Shown one piece after another: positions 47,201-59,813 of a stretch of DNA of 64,000 bases (positions are counted from its first letter, which is position 1; each line of letters begins with the position of its first letter). The position numbers were made by a program, and so were the translations under genes. The notes below the pieces were generated by a model that was not told the origin of the DNA, did not search any database, and was given only the letters and a program-made list of their open reading frames with translations. Source of the stretch: Blepharisma stoltei ATCC 30299 (Eukaryota; Protista; Ciliophora). Location: NCBI GenBank assembly GCA_965603825.1, contig CBFDEM010000011.1, positions 1-64,000 of the forward strand, written 5' to 3'.

Positions 47201-48141
47201 TCTGCTCTGAGGACTGATAAAACAGTAAATAATTCTGCTGGCACATAATGGTTATTTATCAAGATCACTCCTTCATCTTTAAACTGCTTAAAATTTACCT
47301 TAGCATTCAGCTCTGTTACTGAGAGTGAGTCCTTTTTGAATGATTCTGAAAACTTGGTTGAATTTAGATCTGGTATATTCTCAGGAAAATTTTCTAGTAA
47401 CTTTAAGATTCTTTTTCAATTAGGTAGCATTGATACCAATTTTTTCAGGGCTTTAAATTTGAAATCTGATTAGTATTTACTGTTATCTTTGGCTATTAAT
47501 TGGCTTTCATAGTGATTTTTTAATTGCAGCTCAACTCCATAGCCTCCTAAATGATCAGCTTCGTTTATTCTTGTATCTCTATGCCTTAGAACATAAGTCG
47601 CATTATTTTTGATACAAAAATCTCTGATTTTTAAAGAAATCTCAGAAAAATGGATATCAGAAATATCCAAATAAGCAATGACTGAATTTTTGCCTTTAAA
47701 CATGGTATGATCGAAATGATAGATATCTATTTCTTTAGTGGCAAAGAGGCTTTTATCTAATAAACATGAAGCTGCAGAGTTAATAATATAAAAGTCTCGG
47801 CAATTTTCCTTTAGCGCTGCTCTGTCTTTTTCTTCCAATTTTGAATAAAATTCCATTCTAGCTGAAAATTCTCTATTGCTTAAAGAACAATTTATCAGCT
47901 TTTTCTCAATCTCACTTCTCGATATTTTGCTTATTATAGCATCTATATTGAGCCTATCCCCAACAATTTCTTCAATTTTACCAATGAAATATCAAAATTT
48001 CCCGATTTCTGCGAAGTATTCACTTTATAGTTTTTACCTCATTTCTTGTAATAATGTTCTCTGACTTGGTCCTTTCCAATTTGTTTCAACTTCAATTTTT
48101 GTTTGTGCAAACCCTAAACCAATAATTAAGAAAAATCACAT
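44248..48141 (-). CDS. UGGT: Divergent second UGGT paralogue, about 1,280 aa, three 15-nt introns
   Basis: All fragments share one frame via TGA; DADQ, NLDQDL and IDLCNNP retained; ends RTDL; introns 48023-48037, 47466-47480 and 47284-47298. Confidence 0.9.
47284..47298 (-). other. 15-nt intron GTAAATTTTAAGCAG
   Basis: Position homologous to 41762-41776. Confidence 0.8.
47466..47480 (-). other. 15-nt intron GTAAATACTAATCAG
   Basis: Contains an in-frame TAA. Confidence 0.9.
48023..48037 (-). other. 15-nt intron GTAAAAACTATAAAG
   Basis: Contains in-frame TAA. Confidence 0.9.
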
Positions 48142-48642
48142 AGAAAAATAATTAAAAATGGTTTCGATTTTACCAGCAATGAGATTAATTAATGGCTTTA
48201 AGATTTAAATGTAAAATAAAATGTAGAAAGCCTTTGAAAGTAAGGTGATTCCTTGCTCAATAGTAAAAGAATTTAAATTGAGATCAGGAAAAATACTAGA
48301 TTATTCATTGCAATAGAATAAGAACTGCTAAAAGACTAGAAGAGTTTGGAGGATTATTTTCAGTCAACCCAAAGTACGCAAAAGAGTTGCTATACTGCAT
48401 AGGCCCTTCCATAATGCAGATTCAGGGCTCGATTTTACAAATAAGATAATAGAGGAATATGGAAACAGTATTGTTGCTTATCTTATGTTAGCTGGATCTA
48501 CAGGAGGTTTAGTATTATTGGCCGGCACAAATTATCAGAACTTATCTAAAAGACAATGGACAAATAAATAAAATTCCAAACAAAGATTTAAATTTCATAT
48601 TAATTGTCACACTCAAACTTTAACTCTAAATATTTCATATTA

Positions 48643-49122
48643 ATGGGGTTTATCTCAGCTTTTCTATGCGTGTTTGTCCCATTAGTCTCATTTTCCACCT
48701 ACATCACATTTAGACAAGGCAACAAGCTTCCCCAAATAACCCGCCAAACAGGAAGATCTATAGGTATGGGCTACAACTACTTGCGTATCGTAATCAAGCA
48801 CATGACTCCAAAATCCAACGAAAGCATCGAAGTTATTAGAAAAATGCGACAAGTCGGCCAGCAAGCCTTTGCGTTTAGCAATGAAGTTAAATGGAATTTA
48901 TTGGAAACCAAGCCACTCATAAAAGAAGCTTTTCCCAATCTCACTGAAGATCCTTTTAATAAATTCGGCCTAAGAGGTGAAATTAAAGGCGAAGAAGAGA
49001 AAAAGCCAAATCCAGCAGCATCTACGTCAAATTTAATTGCAGAAACCTTTAACCAGCGCTCTCAGCTAATTAAAAAGAAAAAGCAAAAAGCGCTTGAAGA
49101 AGAAACCTCGAACAGAATTTAA
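48643..49122 (+). CDS. Small membrane protein with TatA/TatB-like helix-hinge-amphipathic helix
   Basis: N-terminal TM followed by GNKLPQITRQTGRSIGMGYNYLR; ATG 48643. Confidence 0.55.
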   Translation: MGFISAFLCVFVPLVSFSTYITFRQGNKLPQITRQTGRSIGMGYNYLRIVIKHMTPKSNESIEVIRKMRQVGQQAFAFSNEVKWNLLETKPLIKEAFPNLTEDPFNKFGLRGEIKGEEEKKPNPAASTSNLIAETFNQRSQLIKKKKQKALEEETSNRI

Positions 49123-49136
49123 TTGTAATGATTTAA

Positions 49137-51101
49137 CTATAATTTTGGCTCAATAAAGTTAGGCTGCACCATTGATTTGAAGTTCTTTAACGCCTTTTCT
49201 GTATTAAAAGTAGATTTTTCAGCCCAGTTTTGTAGAGTCTCTAATCCGTCTTTGTCTCCTGCAAATGCTGAGTTAAGCGCATTATCTGTATACCCAAATG
49301 CATCAGTTAGTCCAATTACCGCATATCTTAGCTCACTCAGCAGGACTTCTATTTTTTCATCTAAAATTTCTTCAGGTTTCCCATTAGTAAAAAACCCGCA
49401 TTCATAATATTCAGCTATTCCTTCTTTAATATAAATAGCTGCATATAGCTCGCATAATTTCAATAGCACTTTTTTGGTTTTTCCTTTTTGGGTCATCGCT
49501 GCATCTTTAAACTGCAAAAACACAAAAAGCACTAAATGGGCCTTAGCCATCTCAATTAGGTCTGATTGAGCTCTTTCGTAGAAAATTTCAATAAATGGGA
49601 ACCCTTCATCCATTTCTCTTGCAAACCTTTCTGAAGTCCTTTTCGCGACGTAGCAAGATCTGACCCTCAAAAATTCTTCAAATGATAGCACATTGGCGAG
49701 GTCTCTTAATGATTTTACTTTGCAGGTATGTTTCATATAAATGTCTATGTAGTTTAAATACTGCAAAGAATCACGCAATTTTTGGCCTGCTTTTAAGCCT
49801 TTTATAGCTTTTAGTAAAAATGAAGCACACTGGAGCATTAAGACTGTATTGTCGCCTTCATACGTGACTGATGGAGAAAAATCGAGATAAATGGTAGGAA
49901 GTCCTGATAGTAATGAATACCCATGCATCCCTAAAGCTTCTCTGCATTTTTCTATATCTTTAAGCGTCTGTGAAGTAAATAATGATTTCAGCCCAGACGC
50001 TATGCTATGCATTTCTTTGACGTAGCTTAGATCTCCTGCTCTGAGCTTTAGCAACATATTAATGTTCATTTGTTTTACCTTATGACTCGTCAAATAAATT
50101 GCATAACAATTCGCGATTGCAGGAATTAAAGAATATTGATACCCTTGATAGTCAATTATTTTCATAGGTTTGCCATCTGAATCTAGATTTTCTGTGTTAT
50201 TAAAACAATACCTTGCAGCTATTATAAGTGCTTTGGCTAGGTGTCTTGAGCAGTCTCTTATAATCCCAACTCTGATCTCCATCATAACAAAAAACCTCAT
50301 ATTTGCAAACGGCGGGGAATAATAAGTCCCATCCCTTCTAATTCTTCCATATTTTGATAGCAAATTTTCCATAGGGACTCTTACAGAGTGAAGCTGCAAA
50401 AATCCATTATCAACTCTTCCCCAGCCTAATTTCGGCCCAATATCGCCTAAAGTGATGCCTTTTAATGGGTGGTGTGACTCCATTGACCTTATTTGGACTA
50501 TAAAAGGATGGACTCCATAATTATTCCCATCACTAATCAGCTTTGCAAAGACCACACAATGGTTCGCTGTCAGTCCTAACGATCCAATCCAAAATTTCGA
50601 CGCTGATACTGTAGGCGAATTTATTATAAACTCTTGTGTCGATTTATCATAAACAGCTGTCGTTTCTATATTCCTCACATCAGACCCATGCCCTATTTCA
50701 GTTTGTGCATAACACCCTATGACTTTATTTTCTTTAATTAATTTCAGCCACTTGTAGCGCTGCTTAGGACTTCCTAATGCTTGAATTGCAAGCCGAAACA
50801 TCGTGAAATGAGTATCAAATGGTGTAGGGCCTATGTGTTTAAACATGTCCCATATGATTTCTTCATGTTTTTCATCATAGACTTTTCACTTGTCCAATAC
50901 AAATTTCACTTTTTGGTAGGCTTTATTTAATGATTGTTTCCTTGAAAGCCAATAAAGGTCAGGCGTGTTCTTGGTGACTGGGTCATTTGCCAGAATATTC
51001 CACCTTTCTATGATTTTTGGTATATTAGGGCCGTATATCAGGTTTGTAAGGTCTTTTACGCTGAAATCAATCCCTTTACGCTCTTGGGCTAAATTTTCCA
51101 T
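49137..51101 (-). CDS. Peroxisomal acyl-CoA oxidase, 654 aa
   Basis: GCYAQTEIGHGS, KFWIG.LG, GDIGPK, DNGFL, CRE.LG.HGY, TYEGDNTVL; ends PKL (PTS1-like); ATG 51101, TGA at 50886. Confidence 0.93.
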
Positions 51102-51109
51102 ATAAAAAT

Positions 51110-51442
51110 ATGACGGAACTTTATTTTGCACTGGGCTGCACGTCAATGTGCGCCTCATTGGTGACTGCAAGCTATGGGTATCATGGAGGTATGAACTATG
51201 AGCAAAAAAAGAAATGGGAGAAGGCTGTGAGATATCAACAATTGGGAAGCATTCCGCTACTCTTTGTAGGGAATAAAAAAAATAAGCACATTCCTGGAGC
51301 ACTTTCAGCAGCTGGGGTGAGCTTGTTTTGTTTACCACTTTATTATTATGCGAAGACTGAAGACTCTAAATTTAACTTTGCAATGCCTTGGGGAGGAGTC
51401 CTTATGATGGCAAGCTGGCTGACTTTAGGATTCTTAGCTTAA
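51110..51442 (+). CDS. TMEM256/DUF423 family small membrane protein
   Basis: YG.H, WEKAVRYQ, G..LF...LY, P.GG.LM...W pattern. Confidence 0.8.
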   Translation: MTELYFALGCTSMCASLVTASYGYHGGMNYEQKKKWEKAVRYQQLGSIPLLFVGNKKNKHIPGALSAAGVSLFCLPLYYYAKTEDSKFNFAMPWGGVLMMASWLTLGFLA

Positions 51443-51544
51443 TCTAGCTAAAATAATCGACTTAATTTATAGAAGACTGTTGGGATTTAAGTGCAGTTAT
51501 TTCTTTATAGGAAAGTCAAAAAATCAGAGTTTAATTAGATTAAA

Positions 51545-52885
51545 ATGGAAACAGGAACATGGATTATTATCTCATTATCTTGACTTTTATTATTAGGCCT
51601 TGCCTACATGTTTGTTCATTATTGGCTTTTACACAACTTCGAAATCCAAAATCCCTTTGTTGAACTGCTTTTCAGCGCCACTTTTGCGGCATCTGGAGCT
51701 CTTTTAGAACTTTTCCTATTGGAGCTGACGTCGATTGAAGTGAATCCTGGGATTTGAAAAATAATTTTTGGCTGTTTTAGTACTTTGATGCTTTATATTG
51801 TCCCAATTTATTTTATTTATTCTTTTGTATTTGCATTCAGACTCAAGTGACTGCTTTGAATTATTTTTGTAGTAATTTATTTATGAGAGTTAAGCTACTA
51901 TTGGTATTTGACTATTGGGACATCAGAAAATTTAGAGTTCCTGCATTATTCTATTATAGAGCAGATTAAGTTGTTAGGGGTTAACGGAGTATTGATAAGT
52001 GCTTGCTTGTCAGGATTCGGAGCAGTGAATTGTGCTTACAATTATTTTAATTTTTTTAATGTGGCATCTACCCAGGCTGATTTAAAAGAGTTTTGCAGAC
52101 TATCCAAGAGAAATATCGTAAACCTTGTGAAAATAAAGCAAAAAAGGTTGTTTTTGCCTTTGGAAAAGAAAAATTTGGGATGAGCCAAATCTCTGGTAGG
52201 CATATTCAATGGATCTTTTAATTCAGATCCAAAAATGGAAGCTTTGGATGCAGAGTTGCAAGCAGCTGAGGCAATTCATCAGCAGTACTTGCAGACAGTG
52301 TCAGAGATAGTCGAAAATAGAGAAAAAGAAAAATTGTCAAAGACTTTTAAAGGGAGAATATATTCATTATTTGCAAAATTCCTTGTTATTTATGGCATTT
52401 ACAAAGTAGTTTTTTCGATATATAATGTTGCTTTACAAAAGAAATATTCAATAGACCCTGTTACCCGAGGCTTACATATTTTTTGCTATATTTTTGGACT
52501 TGATGAGTCATTTTTGAATTTTGTCATTGAACACTCAAGTTTTGCGTTTATTGGGATTTTAATTTTCACAAATATCCGAAGCTTTGCCAATATTTTGGTT
52601 TCCATTGTAAACCAATGTGGGAAACTGCTTTCCTCTGGGCTTTCGTCTGAATCCTTGTTATTAATGCTTAGTGAAGTTATGGGAGCTTATTTCATGGCAA
52701 CCGTTATAATGATGAGAGCTAATTTGCCTGAAAAGAAAAGAGAAGCTATGACTAATGCTTTAAGTGGTGTAGATTTTTTCAGCTTCCATCATTTATTTGA
52801 TGGAGCTTTCGCAATATCATCAGTTATTACAGCCGTGATCTTATATTTGAAATATATTTTTCAAATTAAAAAGAAAACGATGTAG
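51545..52885 (+). CDS. Golgi pH regulator (GPR89/GPHR/GTG) family, 446 aa
   Basis: LFSATFA.S, GV.GVL..A.LSGFGAVN, DPVTRGL, E.MG.YF...I.MR.NLP, FH..FD..F..S; joined by TGA. Confidence 0.9.
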
Positions 52886-52989
52886 TTAGTGTCACAAAAT
52901 AATTAAATAAAACTGTGAAGCAAATAACTAAAATAGGCATAAGAGAAAATAATATTAATTTTATCTATATAATTCTCTAATATTAAAAA

Positions 52990-53964
52990 TTGCTGAGAAA
53001 ACTTCAGATCAGTGAAAACTTGAAAATATTTATTACTCCTATACTTACAGTTTTAAGAATTATATTAGAACCTACACTATTCTATTTGTTTTCTCCACAA
53101 AGGGAGCAACAGTTTCTAAAAGAATATTGAATTTTTTTCCAATGTTTATTATACGCAACTGAGTTTCTCAATCTTTTTGATAGATTCAGCAACAAATTTG
53201 TGAACTTCAGCATAACTGCACAATTTCCATTCCTTTTAAGTATATACATTCTATTCTGGACTATTTTTTATCAAATTCTGAGAATTCTAATTGAAAATGA
53301 AAATGTTTTGGTGCTCAGTGCTACTTTGCCTATATATATACTAATTTGGGCATATTTAAACTTTGTGCTTTCATTCGTAGGCTGCTTTTTGAAGGAACTC
53401 TTCTCAACAGAAACGTTTTCATTTCATGTTTATGCCTTATTATTGTTCGTGCTCATTGTGAAAGAAGTTTTTCTAAAATCATGGTTGTCTCTTTACATAA
53501 TTATTTATTTTTTATTTTGGATTGGCATATGGGCTAGTATTATTACAGGCGCTATCGGCACCGGAGCTCGATTTATTAAAATATTTTATTCACAATTTTC
53601 AAGTACCCATGATTTTATAAAAGCTTCTAAAGAGTTTATCGATAACTGGCTGGCATCTGAAACCAAAAATCTTGCAAAATGTTTCAAATGATTATTTGGA
53701 GATCTTACAAAAGCGATTGGATTGTTCGTTTCGAATGTTAACAAAACAGAATTTTTTTATAGTAATATTTATCTTATAGAACTATATTTAGATATACTTG
53801 CTCTTCCACTTGCTCTTCCACTTGCTCTTCCACTTGCATTGGTTTTGCTTATAAGAAACGGATATTCGGATAGTTCTAGGAGACACTTTTGACTAAATAC
53901 TTTTGCAATAGTATTTATGTCAGAAATGATTTGGCATTGCTTAGCATTAATTTTAGGATCATAA
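52990..53964 (+). pseudogene. Tandem multi-pass membrane family, copy A (no ATG at the homologous start)
   Basis: Colinear with copies B-E; begins TTG two codons after an in-frame TAA; otherwise open with UGA=Trp. Confidence 0.55.
53797..53837 (+). repeat. 12-bp tandem repeat CTTGCTCTTCCA x3.4 (LALP)
   Basis: Direct inspection; absent from the sister copies. Confidence 0.9.
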
Positions 53965-54373
53965 TTAACAATATTAGCATTATAGAAAACTTAGATTTGT
54001 TAATTTTAATTGATATTTTTAGTGCTATTTGTAGTAAATTTCTTAGCAGCTAATCATAAATGATATAATAAATGAATTCCTATAAGTAAAAATAAATTAT
54101 AAGATTTAATTTTAATTTGAATATATAAAAATAATTTTTCCCCTTCATTTAGTTCCAATATGCAAAGAATAAAATAGTGTGAAACAAATATAAATTGGCA
54201 TAAGAGAAATAAATAATAATTTTATGAATATCCCAAAAACTATATCTAACAATTTTGTTATTTAGAAATGATATTCCATACTTCGGTCTAAAAAGATTCT
54301 AAATTGTCTATTGCAGTAAATTTTTTGAATTTAAAAATAGAATTTATTAGTGCCTAATTTTGATAAAATATAA

Positions 54374-55315
54374 ATGAATACACTTGCCAAACTTCAGATC
54401 AGTGAAGACTTGAAAATCGTTATAACTCCCATCATTACAGTTTTAAGAATTATATTAGAGCCTGCACTATTTTATCTGTTTTCTTCACAAATGCAGCAAC
54501 AGTCTCTAATAGAGTATCAATTTATTTTCCAATGTTTATTGTATGCAACTGAATTTCTCAATCTTTTTGATAGATACAGTCTCAAATTCGCGAACTTCAA
54601 TATAACTGGAAAATTTCCATTCCTTTTAAGTATATACATCCTGTTTTGAACTATTTTTTATAAAATTCTAATTGAAAATGTGTTGGTGTTTGATGCCACT
54701 TTGCCAATATACATACTGGTTTGAGCATATACAATCTTTTTACTTTCACTAGCAGGTTACTTTTTAAAAGAACTCTTCAAAACAGAAAAGTTTTCATTTC
54801 ATGTTTATGCTTTATTTGTACTCATCCTCATTATGAAAGAAGTTTATCATAATTCATGACATATACTTAGCACTATTATATATTTATTATTTTTGCTTGG
54901 TGCATACTCTACTGTCATCACAGGTGCTATCGGTACAGGAGCTCAATTTGTAAAAATATTTTATGCACAATTTTCAAGTAATCATGATTTTATAAAAACT
55001 TCAAAATTGTTTATTAATGATTGGTTGGCATCTGACACAAAAGGTCTTGCAGAATGCTATACAAAAACATTTGAAATTATGTTTAAATATAATGCAATTA
55101 TCCAAATAAATCTTGAAAAAGCAGTTTTTTTTAAAAATACTTATCTTATAGAATTTTATTTAGATTTTATTGCTTTTTGATTTGCCTTTCTATTGCCTCT
55201 AAGAGATGGATTTTTGCATAGTAGACGCTATGAATATGTTTTATTAAATGCTTTTTCAATGGTGTTTATGGCAGAGATGATTTATCATTGCTTAGCATTA
55301 ATTATAGGGTTTTAA
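54374..55315 (+). CDS. Tandem multi-pass membrane family, copy B, 313 aa
   Basis: One frame via TGA; 942 nt. Confidence 0.8.
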
Positions 55316-55698
55316 ATTGTAATTTAATATTCAAATTATAGAAAACGATTATTTCCTTTGCTATAGCTGATATAATTGCTGCTATTTGCACTAAATTTAT
55401 TAGTATCTCTTTAGCTAATTATCACTAATTTCTTTGAATCTCATTGATTTTAGCTTTGCCATTTTAATAAGTAAACAAATTCTCATGCAACTAAATTAAT
55501 GATATTTCATGTATAATTTTAGGATTATAATGAATAATTTAACTATATTATATCCCAAAAACTATATCCAACAATTTTACTATTTAAAAATGATATTCCA
55601 TACTTTAGCCTAATAAAAATTCTAAAAATTGTCTATTGCTGTAATATTTTTGAATATTAAATTAGAAATTATTAGTGCCTCATTTTAATAAAATATAA

Positions 55699-56640
55699 AT
55701 GAATACACTTGCCAAACTTCAGATCAGTGAAGACTCGAAAATCGTTATTACTCCCATCATTATAATTTTAAGAATTATATTAGAGCCTACACTATTATAT
55801 CTGCTTTCTTCACAAAGGCAGCAACAGTTTCTAATAGAATATTGAATATTTTTTCAATGTTTATTATACGCAACTGAGTTTCTCAATCTTTTTGATAGAT
55901 ACAGTCACAAATTCGCAAACTTCAATATAACTGGAAAATTTCCATTCCTTCTAAGCATATACATCCTGTTTTGAACTATTTTTTATAAAGTTCTAATTGA
56001 AGATGTTTTGTTGCTTGATGCCGCTCTTCCTATATACATACTGTTTTGAACATATACAACCTTTTTACTTTCATTAGTAGGGTACTTTTTAAAAGAACTC
56101 TTCGAAACAGCAAAGTTTTCATTTCATGCTTATGCTTTATTTGTACTCATGCTCGCTATTAAAGAAGTTTCTCTGTATTCATGGTATATAATTAACGGCT
56201 TTATTTATTTTTTATTTAGGCTTTGCATATTTACTACTATCATCACAGGTGTTATCGGCGCAGGAGCTCAATTTTTAAAAATATTTTATGCACAATTTTC
56301 AAGTACTCATGATTTTATAAAAGCTTCGAAAGTGTTTATTAATGATTGGTTGGCATCTGACACAAAAGGTCTTGCAAAATGCTATACAAAAACATTTGAA
56401 ATGCTTTTTAAAATGAATGGAATTATCCAAATAAAATTTGACAAAGCATTTTTTCTTAAAAATACTTATCTTATAGAATGATATTTAAATTTGGCTATTT
56501 TTTGACTTGCCTTTCTATTGCCTCTAAGAGATGGATTTTCGCATTGTAGACGTAATGAATACATTTGACTAAATGCTTTTGCAATGTTATTTATGGCAGA
56601 GATGATTTATCATTGCTTAGCACTAATTTTAGGATTATAA
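55699..56640 (+). CDS. Tandem multi-pass membrane family, copy C, 313 aa
   Basis: ATG 55699 to TAA 56640; 942 nt. Confidence 0.8.
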
Positions 56641-56774
56641 TTAATAATTTAACTATATTATATCCCAAAAACTATATCTAACAATTTTATTGTTTAGCTT
56701 AATAAAAATTCTAAAAAATTATCTATTTGTAAATTTGTTGAATTTTAAATTAGAAATTATTAGATAAAACATAA

Positions 56775-57716
56775 ATGAATAGGCTTGCCAAACTTCAGAT
56801 CAGTGAAGACTCGAAAATCGTTATTACTCCCATCATTACAATTTTAAGAATTATATTAGAGCCTACACTATTCTATCTGTTTTCTTCACAAAGGCAGCAA
56901 CAGTTTCTAATAGAGTATCAATTTGCTTTCCAATGTTTATTATACGCAACTGAGTTTCTCAATCTTTTTGATCGATACAGTCACAAATTTGCGAACTTCA
57001 ATATAACTGGAAAATTTCCATTCCTTCTAAGCATATACATCCTATTTTGAACTATTTTTTATAAAGCTCTAATTGAAGATGTTTTGTTGCTTGGTGCCAC
57101 TTTGCCTATATACATATTGGTTTTAGCATATGCAGTCTTTTTACTTTCTTTAGTAGGGTTCTTTTTAAAAGAACTCTTCGAAACAGAAAAGTTTTCATTT
57201 CATGTTTATGCTTTATTTGTACTCATCCTCATTATGAAAGAAGTTTATCATAATTCATGGCTTATACTTAGCGCTATTTTTTATTTTTCATTTTGGCTTG
57301 GTACATACGCTACTGTCATCACAGGTGCTATTGGCGCAGGAGCTCAATTTTTAAAAATATTTTATGCACAATTTTCAAGTACTCATGATTTTATAAAAGC
57401 TTCAAAAGTGTTTATTGATGATTGGTTGGCATCTGACACAAAAGGTCTTGCAAAATGTTATATAAAAACATTTGAAATGCTTTTAAAAATGAATGGAGTT
57501 ATTCAAATAAATTTTGACAAGGATATTTTTCTTAAAAATACTTATCTTATAGAATTATATTTAGATTTGGCTGCTTTGTTGCTTCCCTTTATATTGGTTC
57601 TAAGAGATGGATTTTCGGATTGCAGACGTAATCAATACATTGTACTAAATTCTTTTTCAATGGTATTTATGGCAGAGATGATTTATAATTGCTTAGCATT
57701 AATATTAGAGTTTTAA
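56775..57716 (+). CDS. Tandem multi-pass membrane family, copy D, 313 aa
   Basis: One frame via TGA; 942 nt. Confidence 0.8.
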
Positions 57717-58477
57717 ATTATAATTTAATATTCAATTATAGAAAATGATTATTTCCTTTAGTCTAGTTGATATAATTATTGCGATTTGCACCAAATTTCT
57801 TAGCATTGCCATGTGGGCTTACATGCCAAAGTTGATTGTTATAGTAAATAGTTGGGGTTACCGTATCCATAAATTGAAGAATCCTTTTTCCTTGATAATT
57901 TTGGAAAGAGCGCTAGCTCTAGCATTAGTGAAGTGTCTTCTTTGTGCTTCTGGGAGAGTTTAATCGCTTTGCATTCTAATTAAAACTAATCTGGAGAGCT
58001 GCGAAGTATCCTGCAAATAGAGAATAATCACCGTTCTGCCATGCCGGTATTTCGTTTATTAATTTCAGCACCAAAGTCCATTAAAGACATATAAGTGTCC
58101 GTCTTGTAATTGTATAAGTGATGTGTCTTGGCAACGCAGAATCTAAGCCAGTGTGGAGTCTCCTTCCTCCAAAATCTCTAATGGCTTACTTCAAATGGTG
58201 AAAGGATTTTGATGCACCTTTAATAAATTCTCAGCTAAATATCTATGCTAGAAGTCAGATATAGTAATCATGCCTGCTACCCTCGATTATGTAGCTTTTT
58301 ATGATACCTGACTTCTTGCCTTCTTACATTTATTAGGATTGCAGGCATTTTGGATATTTGATCATATAAGAATTAAAGCAGAAAAGCCCATATGACTAAT
58401 GAATTGTGTGATATAAAATTAGAAAGAAATATTTCAAATGTTGAGTAATAGCTTAGTTAGCTTTATCCTCAAACTAT

Positions 58478-58951
58478 TTATTCTTCTGGGGTAATTTCTT
58501 CATCCTCCCCACCTTCTTCAGCTGCAGCTTCTCTTTCGAGGTACTTCTTTTTGAGTCCTTCCCAGTCATGATAAAGTTCATCGTTGTTTACATATTTGAT
58601 TGCGTTCATTTCAATATCCATGTTATAATGCCCAAAGAAAGTCCCAGTATATGGAACTTCAAGCCAAATGAAGTAGAGAAAAGCGCTGGAAACCCAAAAT
58701 CCTGCAAAAATCCAAAAATATCGGTAGTGAGATGGTCTCTGATGCAAAACAGTCATACCGTGGTCTTCGTAATCGTAGGATTCTGAAGCATAGTCAAAAC
58801 CATGGTCAACTTTTTTTTCCATTGAGATTACTTCAACTGGAGGAATGCCGAATGGATACCTAATAAAGTCGGTTTGGAACTCTGGCTTTTCGTGGACTTT
58901 TAATCTTAAGAATGGAGCACGAGCTATTGATCGCAAGCTCTTGGTAAACAT
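58478..58951 (-). CDS. Putative mitochondrial single-pass membrane protein
   Basis: Basic, acid-free presequence (MFTKSLRSIARAPFLRLK), one TM helix, acidic tail. Confidence 0.75.
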   Translation of the reverse strand: MFTKSLRSIARAPFLRLKVHEKPEFQTDFIRYPFGIPPVEVISMEKKVDHGFDYASESYDYEDHGMTVLHQRPSHYRYFWIFAGFWVSSAFLYFIWLEVPYTGTFFGHYNMDIEMNAIKYVNNDELYHDWEGLKKKYLEREAAAEEGGEDEEITPEE

Positions 58952-59813
58952 TTTATTATTGATAAACTATAAAAAAGGCTATTTGCAATCATGATAAGAC
59001 TTGAATCCAGGTATAAAAATATTATTGTTGAAAGTGTGGAAGAATATGGATTGGGGTTAGATATTTCATTACCAATAAGACAAGAAATAATTGATATTTA
59101 AATTTGCATTATATGATTCATTGAAAATATATATTTAATGACAGATTTAATTTCATCGTATTTAAATAGAGAATTCCTTCTAATGTATCTAGATATGTTT
59201 TGATAAATATTTGTATTATATATATTTGCTTGTTTTTTTCTAATTCATTTGGAAGTGAATTCCTATGGAAATACCATCTTTATAGCAAATTCTTTATTTA
59301 TTGAAGTAAGTCTCTCGGGCAAATAATAAAATTTTATTCTTGTAAAAATTTAAATAATTCTCATCCAAAAATATAATGATTCATTAACATTTGAAATAGC
59401 AGCTCTAAAACAAATATTTTTAACCTTCATTAACATTTCTTCCATCAAGGCTAGAATATTTAATAAAAAATAAATCCAGATCAAAAAATTTTATTTATAT
59501 TATTTTATAGGTGCGGCAATTGCTATATTATAAATATAATAGCCTGCATTACAATCAAATGCTCGCTCTCTGCCAAGGTTTTAATTAAGAAGAGCTTAAA
59601 TTTTGCATATGCTGTAAAATTTCTCTAAGCTCTAGTGGTATTCACATTCAATTTCAAAAAAATATTTCTCACAACTTTAAGCATAATGGTAAAAAATAAT
59701 TAAAATAATGCAGCAAAACACTAGCAAATTACTAAAATTTGCATAAGAGAAATAATTATTAATTTGTCTAATGATATAAATTAGAATAAATGAATTTTAA
59801 TAAAAAATTCTAA

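Noticed and set aside
44248-48141. Second UGGT and other TGA-fragmented genes as pseudogenes
   Set aside because: All breaks are TGA at Trp positions or lie in 15-nt introns; frames are continuous.
51102-51338. N-terminal extension of acyl-CoA oxidase from 51338
   Set aside because: Antisense to TMEM256; ACOX-like sequence begins at MENLAQER (51101).
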